NCBI GenBank assembly: GCA_951406725.2
Contig: OX597818.1
Coordinates: 73,718,001-73,782,000, forward strand
Direction: 5' to 3'
Length of the DNA stretch: 64,000 bases
Source of the DNA: Octopus vulgaris
Lineage: Eukaryota
Made by a program: the position numbers and the translations under genes. The notes under the pieces are model-generated. The model was not told the origin of the DNA. It saw only the letters and a list, made by a program, of their open reading frames with translations, and searched no databases. Shown piece by piece: positions 26,551 to 37,899 of the stretch (position 1 is its first letter; each line of letters opens with the position of its first letter).

Positions 26551-28219
26551 TAGAAAGAGAAAGTGAGAGAAAAAAGAGATAAGTAGAGACTATAAGACAA
26601 AGGAGAAAAGTAAAAGATGAGCAAAGGGAGAAAGGATGAGAAAGAGTAGAAGAAACAGGAGTAGAGGGAAAGGAAAAATACAGGAAGTAGTGGGAAAGAG
26701 AAAAGAGCAATAATAAAGAAGACAGAGAGGTGAAAAATAGAGGGGAATCAGAAGGGGACAGTGATGTGAATCTTACGTTTTATTACTGATTTCAAACTTT
26801 TGGATTTTTTGCTTGGAAAGATTAAATACGAGTCAAAGAAATTCTGAAAGTAAATGGCACTTAGAACAAATCAACGTTAGACGACGAAAAAACACATTTA
26901 TCCTCGTCTATTACTTGTTCATTTATCTCTGTACCTGGCTGAGAGGATGCACTAATTTTGAACCGTGTTATGCTTGTCACGTATTGATCTGTGATAACAC
27001 GGGGCAAAGACTGCTAGGACTGCAAAAAGTACACGCAATCGCCCATGCACAATGCTCAGTACGACTTGGGTTCTTGGAAGTAAACCTATTTTCCCCCATG
27101 TGTTCTATTTTCTATTCATCATTGATCCAGTTAACACAGTGTAATTGTTTTGTTGTTTTTTAAATCAAACACCAATGCCAAATAAAGATAAATGTATTTG
27201 GAGCCGATCAAAATTTGGAGGAGTGCAATAACTAGCACCAGTCACTGCAAGATAGTTACAACCACTTGGTGCCAGTCAATGTTAGTAATGGATGCACAGT
27301 TCGAAATACACAATACCTCGAGATAGGTGATAAAAATGATTTCCACGATGGACGAGTTCTACCTCACTCAATGTGTAAAATCTCTGAAATCCAGTTTCTG
27401 CCTTAAATGTCATTGATAGAGTTTTCAGAAACGCAAGAATATAGTAGAACGTACTTGCACGGTGATTTTCAACTCAAAAGCACAGAATTCTGATTCTACT
27501 TCCGTCACATCCCTACGATATATGCACTGATTTGTTACACATGTCGGTAGCATTCAACATTGCCAATATTTCATAGTTGACATTTCAAAGCATAAATAGA
27601 AGCTGCAGTTGTAAATGTTATCACATCTCTCTAGATATGACTTCCAGGATGCAAATAGTAGCAGTTTCAGATAGAGAGGAAATGAGTTTAGTTTGAGTAT
27701 ATTACTCTACTGATTCTATAAATAAGTGAATCAGAAAGAACATTAAACACACTATACTTTTCTGACATGTCTATATTCACATACAGCATATGAAATACAC
27801 TTACAGCTTGATCATTTCAATTTATTGATGAAAATCCTAAACCTCAAACATATGAAAATAATTTCTATGCAAAATATTGTGTATAATTTATGATTGTATA
27901 GCGGGTGAAGTATGGAAGGAATGAAGTCTATCTCTTATGACTTCAAAGAACAGATACAACTGGGCTTACTGAAGCGACACCTTTTATTTACTGTATGTCA
28001 ATAAATGTGTCTGCATACCATAATAAGTAGATTGATGGATAATATTGCAAGCGACTTGTGAGAGATTCGCATTGCTAACAATGATTATAATTATTCACGC
28101 ACATCATCAACAGGCGCACAGACAAATACGCATTAGGTGATCATCAATACGCACTCACGCACACGCAGCTACCACGCACATATGTACACATATATGAGTA
28201 TATCTGTATGTGCGTATTA

Positions 28220-28285
<66 letters not shown>

Positions 28286-28408
28286 GTAATGGATTCTGAA
28301 CTTTAAGGAGAGAGAAAGTAGGTAACTTTACTGCTGTCCATCGCCAAAAAAACAGTCACACACATTCATACATACACACAAACACACACACATACACATA
28401 TATATATA

Positions 28409-28569
28409 GGCACAGGAGTGGCTTTGTGGTACGTACTTTGCTTACCAACCACATGGTTCCGGGTTCAGTCCACTCTATGGCACCTTGGGCAAGTGCCTTA
28501 TCCTATGGCCTCGGGCCGACCAAAGCCTTGAGAGTGAATTTAGTAGACAGAAGCTGAAAGAAACCCGTC

Positions 28570-28603
<34 letters not shown>

Positions 28604-28825
28604 GTATAGTATATGTTTGTGTATATGTCTGTGTGTCTGTGTTTGTCCCCGCCATCACTTAACAAACGGTGTTTTGTGTTTACGTCCCCGTTATTTAGCG
28701 GTTCGGCAAAAGAGATCGATAGAATAAGTACTAGGCTTACAAATAATAAGTTCTGGGAACGATTTCTTTGACTAAAGGTGGTGCTCCTGCATGGCCGCAG
28801 TCAAATGACTAAAACAAATAAAAGG
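28409..28825 (+). mobile_element. SINE family A copy
   Basis: ggcacaggagtggctttgtgg...ggttccgggttcagtcc...ccttgggcaagtg...gcatggccgcagtcaaatgact. Confidence 0.9.
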
Positions 28826-29024
28826 AAAGAAGAATAGAAACCGAAAAAGTATAGGCTGCGAGTAGGGGTGCTGAAGTAAAACTGAAATAAAATTCAAAAC
28901 TATATAATGAACAGACATCTCAACTTAATAAAATCCCCATATCATCACACTATTGAATATGAATACGTGTTATAACACCTTGGCATTGAATATATAAAAC
29001 CCAAAAGCATAAATACATACATAC

Positions 29025-29074
<50 letters not shown>

Positions 29075-29100
29075 GAAAATGGGATAAAACCTGCAAGAGA

Positions 29101-29463
29101 AGTACAGATGGAATCGCATGAGGAATAAACATGGAATAAAGCTTTGCAAGTAAACGGCGACTGAAATGTTGACAGCGATAAAAATTAAATAATATTAAAA
29201 TATAAGACAAAACCAGACAACTGGAATGTGGAACATCCTTGAAGATAATTTTCCTGGTGAAAAGCCAAGGCTTGGTGCATTATTGAAATTTGGCGACATC
29301 CTTTGATACGGCTGTAGACATGGACTCTGAACGGACATTTTTCGGGTTTCCGTCTTATATTTTAATATTATTTAGTTTCTATCGTTTTCAAACGTTTAGT
29401 CGCCGTTTACTTGCATAGATTTATTCCATGTTTTTTTTTTTCTTCATAGGATTCCATCTGTAC
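29101..29463. repeat. Foldback element: ~115-bp inverted arms around a ~125-bp core, in (TA)n
   Basis: gtacagatggaatc pairs with gattccatctgtac; gcaagtaaacggcgact with agtcgccgtttacttgc; aataatattaaaatataagac with gtcttatattttaatattatt. Confidence 0.92.
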
Positions 29464-29492
29464 ACGTCCTTCATACTTTACAATATTCTATA

Positions 29493-29543
<51 letters not shown>

Positions 29544-29814
29544 TACATACATATATACTTTTGGGTTGGAAATGTTGAATGCTCAGTTGTTTAAATATGT
29601 ATTTATGTTCAATAATGTGATGACATCGGGATTTTATAAAGTTCTGTGACCAACTGAGTTTATTTAATCCTTTCGAATTTATATATATATATATAGATAG
29701 ATATATGTATGAATGTATGTATCTATATAAAGATAGAAAAAGTAAAGATACGTAGGGTAATACAGAGATAGACAGCAGGCAGAGTCCGATTGACAAGCAG
29801 ACAGACACACGTAC

Positions 29815-29816
<2 letters not shown>

Positions 29817-29901
<85 letters not shown>
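29817..29901. repeat. (GATA)n microsatellite
   Basis: Direct reading. Confidence 0.95.
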
Positions 29902-29903
<2 letters not shown>

Positions 29904-30374
29904 CGCGTGCGTGTGTATAAGACATCATTCACCATGTGACTGGAAATAAATGCATATATGGATTCAACAAATACTTTACAATGCGTTGGTTAATATCTCC
30001 AGAGATCGAGACATTTCGAAGAATCCAAGCGAAAGTTGAAACTTAATTCCAGCTGACGTGATACCAAATACATTAAAACCTCCATTGAATAAAACGTTTC
30101 CAAATTACTTACAATAATCTGTTTTCTTTGAGAACAGAAATGGGGAAGTATTTAGAAATATGCTTTTATTAAGAATGCATCGATACTGAGAATCCTATTA
30201 TAAATAACATCTAATGGTAGACTTGATTTAAATATCCTCGGATGAAAAAATATGGATGTCTGTTTGTGGGACTCGAAACAATTCTCTCCATTGAACAAGA
30301 CATACATGTAACCAATTATGACAAAGCAGATTCTCATCTTTCTTTCATCCAACTAAAACGCTTTGGTATTGACT

Positions 30375-30582
30375 TCAGATTTTGGTGCCAGGCCAGGAAT
30401 TTCGAGGGAGATGTAAACCGATTACATCGACTCCAGTGTTCATACTGGGTTATAAGCTGTCGATCCCAAAAGGATGAAAGGCAAAGTCGACCTGGACGGG
30501 TTTTGAAATCAGAACGTAAAGACAGACGAAATGTCGCTAACCATTTTGTCCGGCGTGCTAATGATTCTGCCAGCTCACTGCC
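30375..30582 (-). mobile_element. SINE family B copy; a second decayed copy lies at ~30845-31000
   Basis: gattacatcgactccagtg...aaaggatgaaaggcaaagtcgacct...cagaacgtaaagacagacgaaat...cggcgtgctaatgattctgccagctcactgcc. Confidence 0.82.
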
Positions 30583-31109
30583 TTATAACGCTTAGATGAT
30601 ACCGACCAGAACTTTATCTACAATTTTAACGATAGTACAAGAAAGTAAAGTTGTTCACATAACAGTTACATACAGAATAATGTCTATATCCGGAAATAAA
30701 GCAAAACATTCATTAATTTCATGTTTGTTTCAGATAGAAAAAAAATCGACTTTTATATTTAAAGGCAAACACACATACCGGTCTATAGGAATATTGTATA
30801 TGCATTACTAATTTCATATATTTTTACAAAATGTAATATTGGTTTCAAAATTTGGTACAAAGCCAATAGCTGTGGGGAAGAGTGCAATCCGATCACACCC
30901 ACGTCAGTACTCAACTGGTACTTATTTTATTGCCCCCGAAATGATGAAAGACAAAGAACGGATGGAATGCCAAAATATATTTTGCCCGGTGTGAGAATAA
31001 GGACTGTATTAATATTTATATGATTCAGATATCTATTTAAAAAATTGTTTTAAGTCTTAAAAAACGGATAGAACTTTCGATGTAACGTGGTATATACATA
31101 CATACATAC

Positions 31110-31140
<31 letters not shown>

Positions 31141-31199
31141 CATACATACATACATGCATACATGCATGCATACATACATATATAATGATCGAATGGCAG

Positions 31200-31845
31200 G
31201 CATGCTTTTCCAAGTAAGTTTTATCTTAATAATTACGATGCGCACTCTTCTATCTCTACTATCTCTTCTCTGTCTATCTCTCTCCCTCTCTTGTTTTTCA
31301 TCTTTTCTGGTTTTCTGTCCCACCCTTCCCTATTCTTCTCTTTTCCTCTTCACCGTTTCCTCTCTCTCACTCTTCCTCCTTCACTCTCTCGTCACTGACA
31401 CGTGACGAAAGGGAATCTATCTTTCTGCCCATTTCCTTCCTAAAGACAACACGTGCTTATACTTGTCTCTTCTCATAAGCTCCTCTTCCTAGCGTTCACA
31501 ATCATTTTTCTATCGTCTTGGCTTAACAGACCTCAACGTTTGCTTTTACTGTCTTGTTCTCACAGTCCTGTTCTTGTTACCACTTTCACACTCCGCAAAA
31601 AATCCTAAATTTAATTTAATTTGCTTTGCGGGAAAGACTGTTTCAACGAAGTCACGTCTTGTCCTTGCCTTCGAACGCGGAGTAGATGAAACAGGGACAA
31701 CTGATGAAGGGGAATATTCTTTATGCTGCATGACTCGTTTCTCTATTTGTTTTCGTTGTTCAAAAAAGTTCATTTTCTATGTTTTTGGTTTTATTTTCGT
31801 TTCTCATTGTGTTCAACGTTTTTGATGTCCTGTACCCATATATGC
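31200..31845 (+). mobile_element. Non-coding repeat with a (CT)-rich 5' part, an HHR-like core and a terminal gtcctgtacccata motif
   Basis: CTGATGA at 31701; end motif shared with 34127-34143. Confidence 0.5.
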
Positions 31846-32129
31846 ATGTATATATACATATATAAGTAGGTATGTACATATATGTATGTATATATGCATC
31901 TTTTTATATGTTATATATATATAACTTACTGTTATAAAATCAAGGGTGTTTTACGTTCCATTACTTAATAAGTGGAAAACATACGTACATACATGTAAAT
32001 ATATAAAAGAACAGTTGTCATGGGCTTGTGTCATCTACGGTTAAATTCTACCTATAAATCCAGTTTTCTATTAATGAAGCATCAAGTACTATGAAAATTG
32101 TAGCTAACAACATTAAGAATATGAAGAAT

Positions 32130-32460
32130 TCCAAAGTGTACGAATATGTGTCTATAAATAGCTTGGAATAACTGAATTTCAGATCGACATTCGGGGGATA
32201 TTTTTAACACTGTTTTACACTTTGCTTCATATGCCATGTTCCCACCAACCAACAACACCTCCGCCAAATATCAAACGTAGTTTCGGCTAGCTGTTGCAGT
32301 GAAGTAGTGGAAATACCAATATCTCATTGCCACATTTCCCTTTAAGCTCACAGTGTAAATGTATATCTGTTTGTATTTCATAAATGATCTGTTTCCCTCC
32401 CTCTTTATACAGGCGGTTATGAAACCGAGGACATGTACCAATGCATCACTTCATACAATG
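32130..32460 (-). pseudogene. Possible decayed iGluR/IR S1-domain segment
   Basis: VLGFITACIKREGNRSFMKYKQIYIYTV / GKCG / IW-GGVVG / EVLLVGGNMA...LKISPECRSEIQLF resembles GFCIDLL..F.Y.IY.V.DGKYG..WNG+VGE..AD.A..LTIT.ER...DF. Requires frameshifts. Confidence 0.35.
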
Positions 32461-32782
32461 TGAATACATGTCACACTGAAGAATTAAATGGGAGATTTCT
32501 TGAGTCTCGAAGAATTAATGTGTTCATAGTTGGCATATTTCATCACTGAACTCTGTAGAGATTGTCTATATATGTGAGTATGAATTGTTTTGCGTAGGTG
32601 TGTGTTTGTGCGTCTGCGTACTTATAAGTATGTAGGTGTTTATACGCTTCGCATTTATTTAAACGGATAAATACACACAAGAATTTAATGCAGTATTCCG
32701 TATATGAATTATAGGAGGATCTTCAGTGCTGTGGAAAATATCTATATCTATCTATATCTGTTTATCTATCTATTTCTCTCAG

Positions 32783-32825
<43 letters not shown>

Positions 32826-32864
32826 GTATACTTTATTTAAAAGCAGCAGGAAATTCAACAAAAC

Positions 32865-32902
32865 CTGTTACTCTGAGTTTCACGTTCCCGTTCGTCGGAC
32901 AG
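32865..32902 (-). ncRNA. Type I hammerhead motif (mirror copy)
   Basis: Exact reverse complement of 32915-32952. Confidence 0.75.
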
Positions 32903-32914
32903 TTTTTGCAAAAA

Positions 32915-32952
32915 CTGTCCGACGAACGGGAACGTGAAACTCAGAGTAACAG
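32915..32952 (+). ncRNA. Minimal type I hammerhead motif (U4C core); predicted cut after GUA (32948)
   Basis: ctgt-CCGACGA-acg ggaa cgt-GAA-ACTC a GAGT-A-acag. Confidence 0.75.
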
Positions 32953-33055
32953 GTTTTGTTGAATTTTCTACTGCTTTTAAATAAAGCATATTACTCTACC
33001 ACTGGTATTTGAGTACTCTTTTTTCCACCTTGTTCCACATTTATATGCTTACTCC

Positions 33056-33092
<37 letters not shown>

Positions 33093-33229
33093 TTGTGTAT
33101 GTGTGTGTATAACAAAAGAGGGGATGGTGTTTCTACGCAGGAAAAAAATATAGAAAAATGTGTTGTTGAAAAATGCACCTAAATTTTAAAAACTCGTAAA
33201 TGTTTAAAATACATTTATTTACATACATC

Positions 33230-33267
33230 CCAAACTAGTTTCAAAAATATCTTTTGTTTATCAATGG
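33230..33267 (-). ncRNA. Weak or decayed type I hammerhead motif, U3:A8 variant
   Basis: Reverse complement: cca-TTGATAA-acaaaagatattttt-GAA-ACTAGT-T-tgg. Confidence 0.5.
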
Positions 33268-33337
33268 TAAAACTTTAAAGTTATAAAATAGAAACACATT
33301 TGTGTTTAGTTATTGGTAAAAGTTTAAAATCATTAAA

Positions 33338-33406
33338 AGTTTCAATGTTGACAAATTAAATGTTTCGATGTTGACAAATTAAAATATTTCAATGTTGATA
33401 AATTAA
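33338..33406. repeat. Three-copy ~23-bp tandem repeat (gtttcaatgttgacaaattaaat)
   Basis: Direct reading. Confidence 0.85.
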
Positions 33407-33599
33407 CTTGTTCAAAACAGATAACTTTAGCATTATGAATTAGGAGGACAGGCGTAAGTTTGGATGTTCATAGCAGTCAATAATATTAAAACTGTATATC
33501 AATTTGTTTGTATGTCCAAAGTTCATTAATTTTAGTTTTTGAAATCTAGGTGCATATATATATATATAAATACATACATGCATATAATCGTACAGTTCG

Positions 33600-34143
33600 T
33601 CACTATAGGTGCAAATAATATGAAATACGTAAACAAACGAGGGAAAACAAAATACGCAATCAACGAGAAAAAAATTAAAAGCAGGGCAAGTTAACACAGA
33701 GAAAGGGCCCTGTATTAGTTGTCGGCTCTCTTACAACTCCTCCTTACGATCATTCAACGACAATATGGGACTTCAAAGACAGTAGCTCCCATAAATTCTA
33801 AAAGAAAATTTAGGATATGTGGATGTTCAAATTCAGGAACAAAAAGCATGACAGTAGAGAGCCTCCATGTTTGTTTTAACTTGGTTTCCTTGTATATCTC
33901 CACTGTCATACAAGTTCCCAAAGTTGAGCTTCCATAATTCCTAAATTCTATTTTAAAATTTATGAGAGCAACTCTATTTAAAGATGCATATTTGTCGTTC
34001 GATGCTAGAAATGATAAATTGGTAGACAGCCGATAACTGATGAAGGGTCCTTTCACTGTGTCACGTTGACCTGTGTTCCATTACTTTCTCGTTGTTTACG
34101 TATTTCATGTTATTTGCACCATTGGTGACGTCCTGTACCCATA
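33600..34143. repeat. Diverged near-spacerless palindrome (arms ~33600-33862 / ~33895-34140)
   Basis: gtgcaaataatatgaaatacgtaaacaa pairs with ttgtttacgtatttcatgttatttgcac; atgacagtagaga with tctccactgtcat. CTGATGA at 34037. Confidence 0.88.
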
Positions 34144-34215
34144 TATTCCTGTGTGTGTGTATATATATACATATAATGGAAGACAGAAGATGGAATATAC
34201 GAGAATATATTATTA

Positions 34216-34319
34216 ATCACAACAATTGTTTCGACACATCTAGCATCGACTCCTCTTGTGGGACACACAAAATCTGGTTCAGGAGTATCCGGTGGTACAG
34301 TCATATCTTGTCGTGTGAT
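34216..34319 (-). ncRNA. Decayed type I hammerhead with long stem II
   Basis: Reverse complement: atcac-ACGACAA-gatat...(long)...gtgtc-GAA-ACAATTGT-T-gtgat. All stems pair, but the first two core bases are mutated. Confidence 0.55.
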
Positions 34320-34449
34320 AAATAAATAAAATATCTCGTTAAAATGACTGTTCCATAATGCAACTTTCCGTTTTGTAGAGTAGAGAGAAAAACAGCCAGG
34401 CGGAAGCAAGTTCTTCATATATATAGAAGATCCAAAAATAAAATTGCAG

Positions 34450-34481
<32 letters not shown>

Positions 34482-34559
34482 TTATATAATATATATATAT
34501 ATACTGAGAGAGAGAAGGAGGAGAGAATGCAATTAAAATCACTACGATTATTTCTTCAT

Positions 34560-35240
34560 ATTCTTACATCTTTTGTTCTTGACTAAGATATTATGCAATC
34601 ATTATCTTACATCAAAGGTGTAAAATGCGTCTCCTCAGGTGATTGTTTAAATAACTTCTTCGTTAGATAATGTACCTATTTCATTTAGTGTCATAATGCA
34701 TAGACAAAGTGATGTGTCATTCCCAGCTGTTTATACGTAAAAATAAACCCATATATATAGTGACAGACAAAATACAGTTACAATCAGAATAAGAAAGGCA
34801 TTGATAAAAGAATAGACAAAAGAAAAGAAACTGGTCTGGTTTACTATAAACCTCCCTATCGGTTATCTCTAAATACTTTACGTTGGTCTCCATTTTATAC
34901 TTTAGTATGTCTAGAACGTTCTTCCTTATACTCTGACAATTAAGATAGAATAGTAATTTATAGTCATTTGACCTTTTTCTTTACGTTTTTTTTTTCTTTT
35001 ATTTATGTATTTTTATTGTGATTGTAATTATATTTTGCCTGCCAACATATCTGAGGATTGAGTCTTGTCTGGAAACTGCTGGGAAAGACACATCACTTTC
35101 AGTATGTATTATCACACGCAGTGAAATGGTGAGAGAATATAACGAAGAACTATTTAAACAACTACCTGAGGAGCTGCATTTTGCATCGTGTATATATGAG
35201 ACGATAATTATTGCATATTGAACTAAAGGTGTGAGAATGT
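34560..35240. repeat. Old inverted repeat (arms ~34560-34795 / ~35010-35240)
   Basis: ctcctcaggtgattgtttaaataacttcttcgtta pairs with taacgaagaactatttaaacaactacctgaggag; aaagtgatgtgtcattcccagc with gctgggaaagacacatcacttt. Confidence 0.88.
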
Positions 35241-35544
35241 GACAAAACAATGGTGGTGATTTAAAATAAAGAATGCCGCTAATTCTATTTTCTTTTGTTT
35301 ACCTATATAAACTCAACGAAAATTGTGGAATCACATATGTATTTCCATTGTGTGAAGATATCTGGAGCATTTCCACAGTATGACAGTATAACATAATAAT
35401 CAGGTAGCCAATTATTATGGACGAGGTTCGGTTATCATTCTACAAACTTTTTATCCCAATCTCAATTAATTATATGTGTGTATGTGTGTGTGTGTGTCTA
35501 TATATCTGCATGTATATAAGCTTATATATTTGTACATATTTATA

Positions 35545-35609
<65 letters not shown>

Positions 35610-36384
35610 GCATTTACAAGAACACTAATATATACGTACACGTACATACATTTCTGCCTTACGTGTAAACTTCACATTTATAAATAACTGCACACAATTG
35701 AGAGAATTATTGATAATCCAGCAATCTCTAACTTTTATCATGTTATCGTTCGATCCTTGAAATGTATTGATTTGTGTTTACAGGCTGATGCGAAAAAGTT
35801 ACTCTGCGGCTCCATATACATGTCTACCAACAAGCAGTTGCAGAGTTCAAGGTTAGCTTTGCTGAGAGCAAGCTCGTATTATTTTTATAGTGCAAAGGTA
35901 AATGATCAATGAAAGCTTCACAGTAAAGTGTGAATAAATTTATTATGTACCGAATATATTTTTTTAAGTACATTTCTAATATATGTATTGCATGTTTAAT
36001 AATGAACTATTCCTTTTCTTTTCCCAAATGTTTTATCCATTACTAATGTTCTTCTGACCCTGTCAGTGTCACCAATTACTAATTTCATGCTATTTCTAAT
36101 CACGTATTGAAATTCATACGGCCATCAAAAACAGATATTGCCACTTTGATATCCCTGCATCAAATTAAGACATTAATACTAACGAGACTGCAAAGCCATG
36201 ATAGCGTCGGAAAAAGTCGTTTTGTAGCATTTGTTCCGAATCGCTAAATTCTAAATGCAAATACAAGCTGGGAGCATTACCTTTCATTTCTTCAGGATAA
36301 ATACCAGCCATGTATTAGAAAGTTGCACGTAAACTCCTCACAATTACTGATATTGTGTCTGAATTAGGTTCAGCTATTTAGGCC

Positions 36385-36565
36385 AGATAAATTGCACCGC
36401 GACATTTCTTCTGACATTACGTTCTGAATTCAAATTCCTCCAATGTCGACTTCGGCTTTCATCATATTCGGGTCGATAAAATATGTACCAGTCAAGTATT
36501 CGGGTCGGTGTAATCAATTAGCCAATCCTTTCAAAACTATTGGAGATAGGCCAAAATTTGAAACC
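36385..36565 (+). mobile_element. SINE family B copy; further decayed copies at ~36190-36360, 37330-37500 and 37540-37725
   Basis: ttacgttctgaattcaaattcc...gtcgacttcggctttcatcatattcgggtcgataaaa...gtaccag. Confidence 0.75.
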
Positions 36566-36574
36566 ATTATTATT

Positions 36575-36630
<56 letters not shown>

Positions 36631-36689
36631 TATCATCATCATTATTATTTTTATTATTGTTGATGTTTTTGTTATTATTATCATCATCA

Positions 36690-37146
36690 TCAGAACTCGT
36701 GTGATAGGGATACACAAGGCACATGCATCACAACTATATGTGCACGGCATGGTGACCTTGTATCAAAATAAACAGCTCATGACCTGACCTTGCAGGTGGG
36801 GCTCATTTAGAATTTTCTTCATGTTGAGTAGCCCATTCCACTCAAAACTCCGTAAATAAGGTTCGTTTAGAATGATAAAACGACACGCTCATATTTCGAG
36901 TGGTACACTATTCAAACTCCAAAAAATTCATCTCAATACGTGGCTATGATGCATCCTTACTATTCCTGCTCATGATCAGAGATGCACATTGTCAGCCAAC
37001 AAGGGAAATGTTCAGTGCTCAAACAACTGAGAAGCAAATCTGTGGTTTCGAGCAGATTATTTGTTGAAGCCCATCTTTTATATCAACACAAAACATGTGC
37101 GCGATAAGACTTCCAACACAAAACATGTGCGGGATAAGACTGCATC
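36690..37146 (-). mobile_element. Decayed copy of the ~540-bp TAA-associated element
   Basis: gataggg..cacaaggcacatgcatcacaac, gatcagagatgcaca, gcaaatctgtggt and gcccatcttttata are reverse complements of 55065-55610 segments. A 30-bp tandem duplication lies at 37085-37145. Confidence 0.85.
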
Positions 37147-37742
37147 AAGGCATTTAACATTACTACTAATGTTATTGTTATCATCATCATCATCATCATC
37201 ATAATTATTATAATTATTATTATTATTATTATTATTATCATCATCATCATCATCATCATTATTATTATTATTATTATTATTACAGTTTTTGTTGTTGTCT
37301 TTGCTGGTGTTAACATTGTTAAATTGCTGAATTAGTAAAATCTTTACTATGCCAGTCAAAATGCTTTCCGGCGTTTCTTCTTGATTTCCGTCCTAAGTTT
37401 ATTTTCTGCAGAGTTGAACTTTGGCTTACATGTTTTGGGCACTGAGCACTGAGATCGACTTAATCAACTAGACACCTCCCCCAAATCCTTAGGGGTGGTG
37501 CTTGTGATTTTACGGGAGATTATCAGTGGATTACATCGAACATTCCGGACAACATACTTAGTGGTATTTCAGCTGTCATTACGTTTTGAGTTAAAATTCC
37601 AACAAGGTCGCCTTTGCCATTCATCATTTCGGGATCGATAAATCAAATATTAGTGAAACACTATGGTCGATGTACTCGAGTCGTCTCCTTACACAAAATT
37701 GCTAACTCTGTGGGAAAATTTGAAATCTTTATCATGATCATG

Positions 37743-37783
<41 letters not shown>

Positions 37784-37799
37784 CATCAGTAGTATTAGC

Positions 37800-37839
<40 letters not shown>

Positions 37840-37899
37840 TATCATTAGCGGTAGCAGAATCGGCATGATTATTATCCTAATCTTGATTATCATCATATT

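Larger units (their letters stand above)
32831..33060. mobile_element. Near-perfect 156-bp palindrome (32831-32986) of two back-to-back HHR copies, plus a 3' tail to 33060
   Basis: Centre agtttttg|caaaaact with no spacer; arms differ at only ~2 positions. Confidence 0.95.

Noticed and set aside
25857-26624. 255-aa Leu-rich ORF resembling a membrane protein
   Set aside because: Product of a purine-rich low-complexity tract.
28409-28480. tRNA gene
   Set aside because: The A/B-box-like head belongs to a SINE; no complete cloverleaf.
33338-33406. Short repeats as a CRISPR-like array
   Set aside because: Contiguous tandem units with no spacers, in a eukaryotic context.
33754-34056. 100-aa ORF as a possible Penelope GIY-YIG fragment
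   Set aside because: No GIY-YIG motif, and the ORF simply crosses a palindrome centre.
35018-35221. 67-aa ORF resembling a small secreted protein
   Set aside because: It is one arm of an inverted repeat, and the other arm does not keep the frame.
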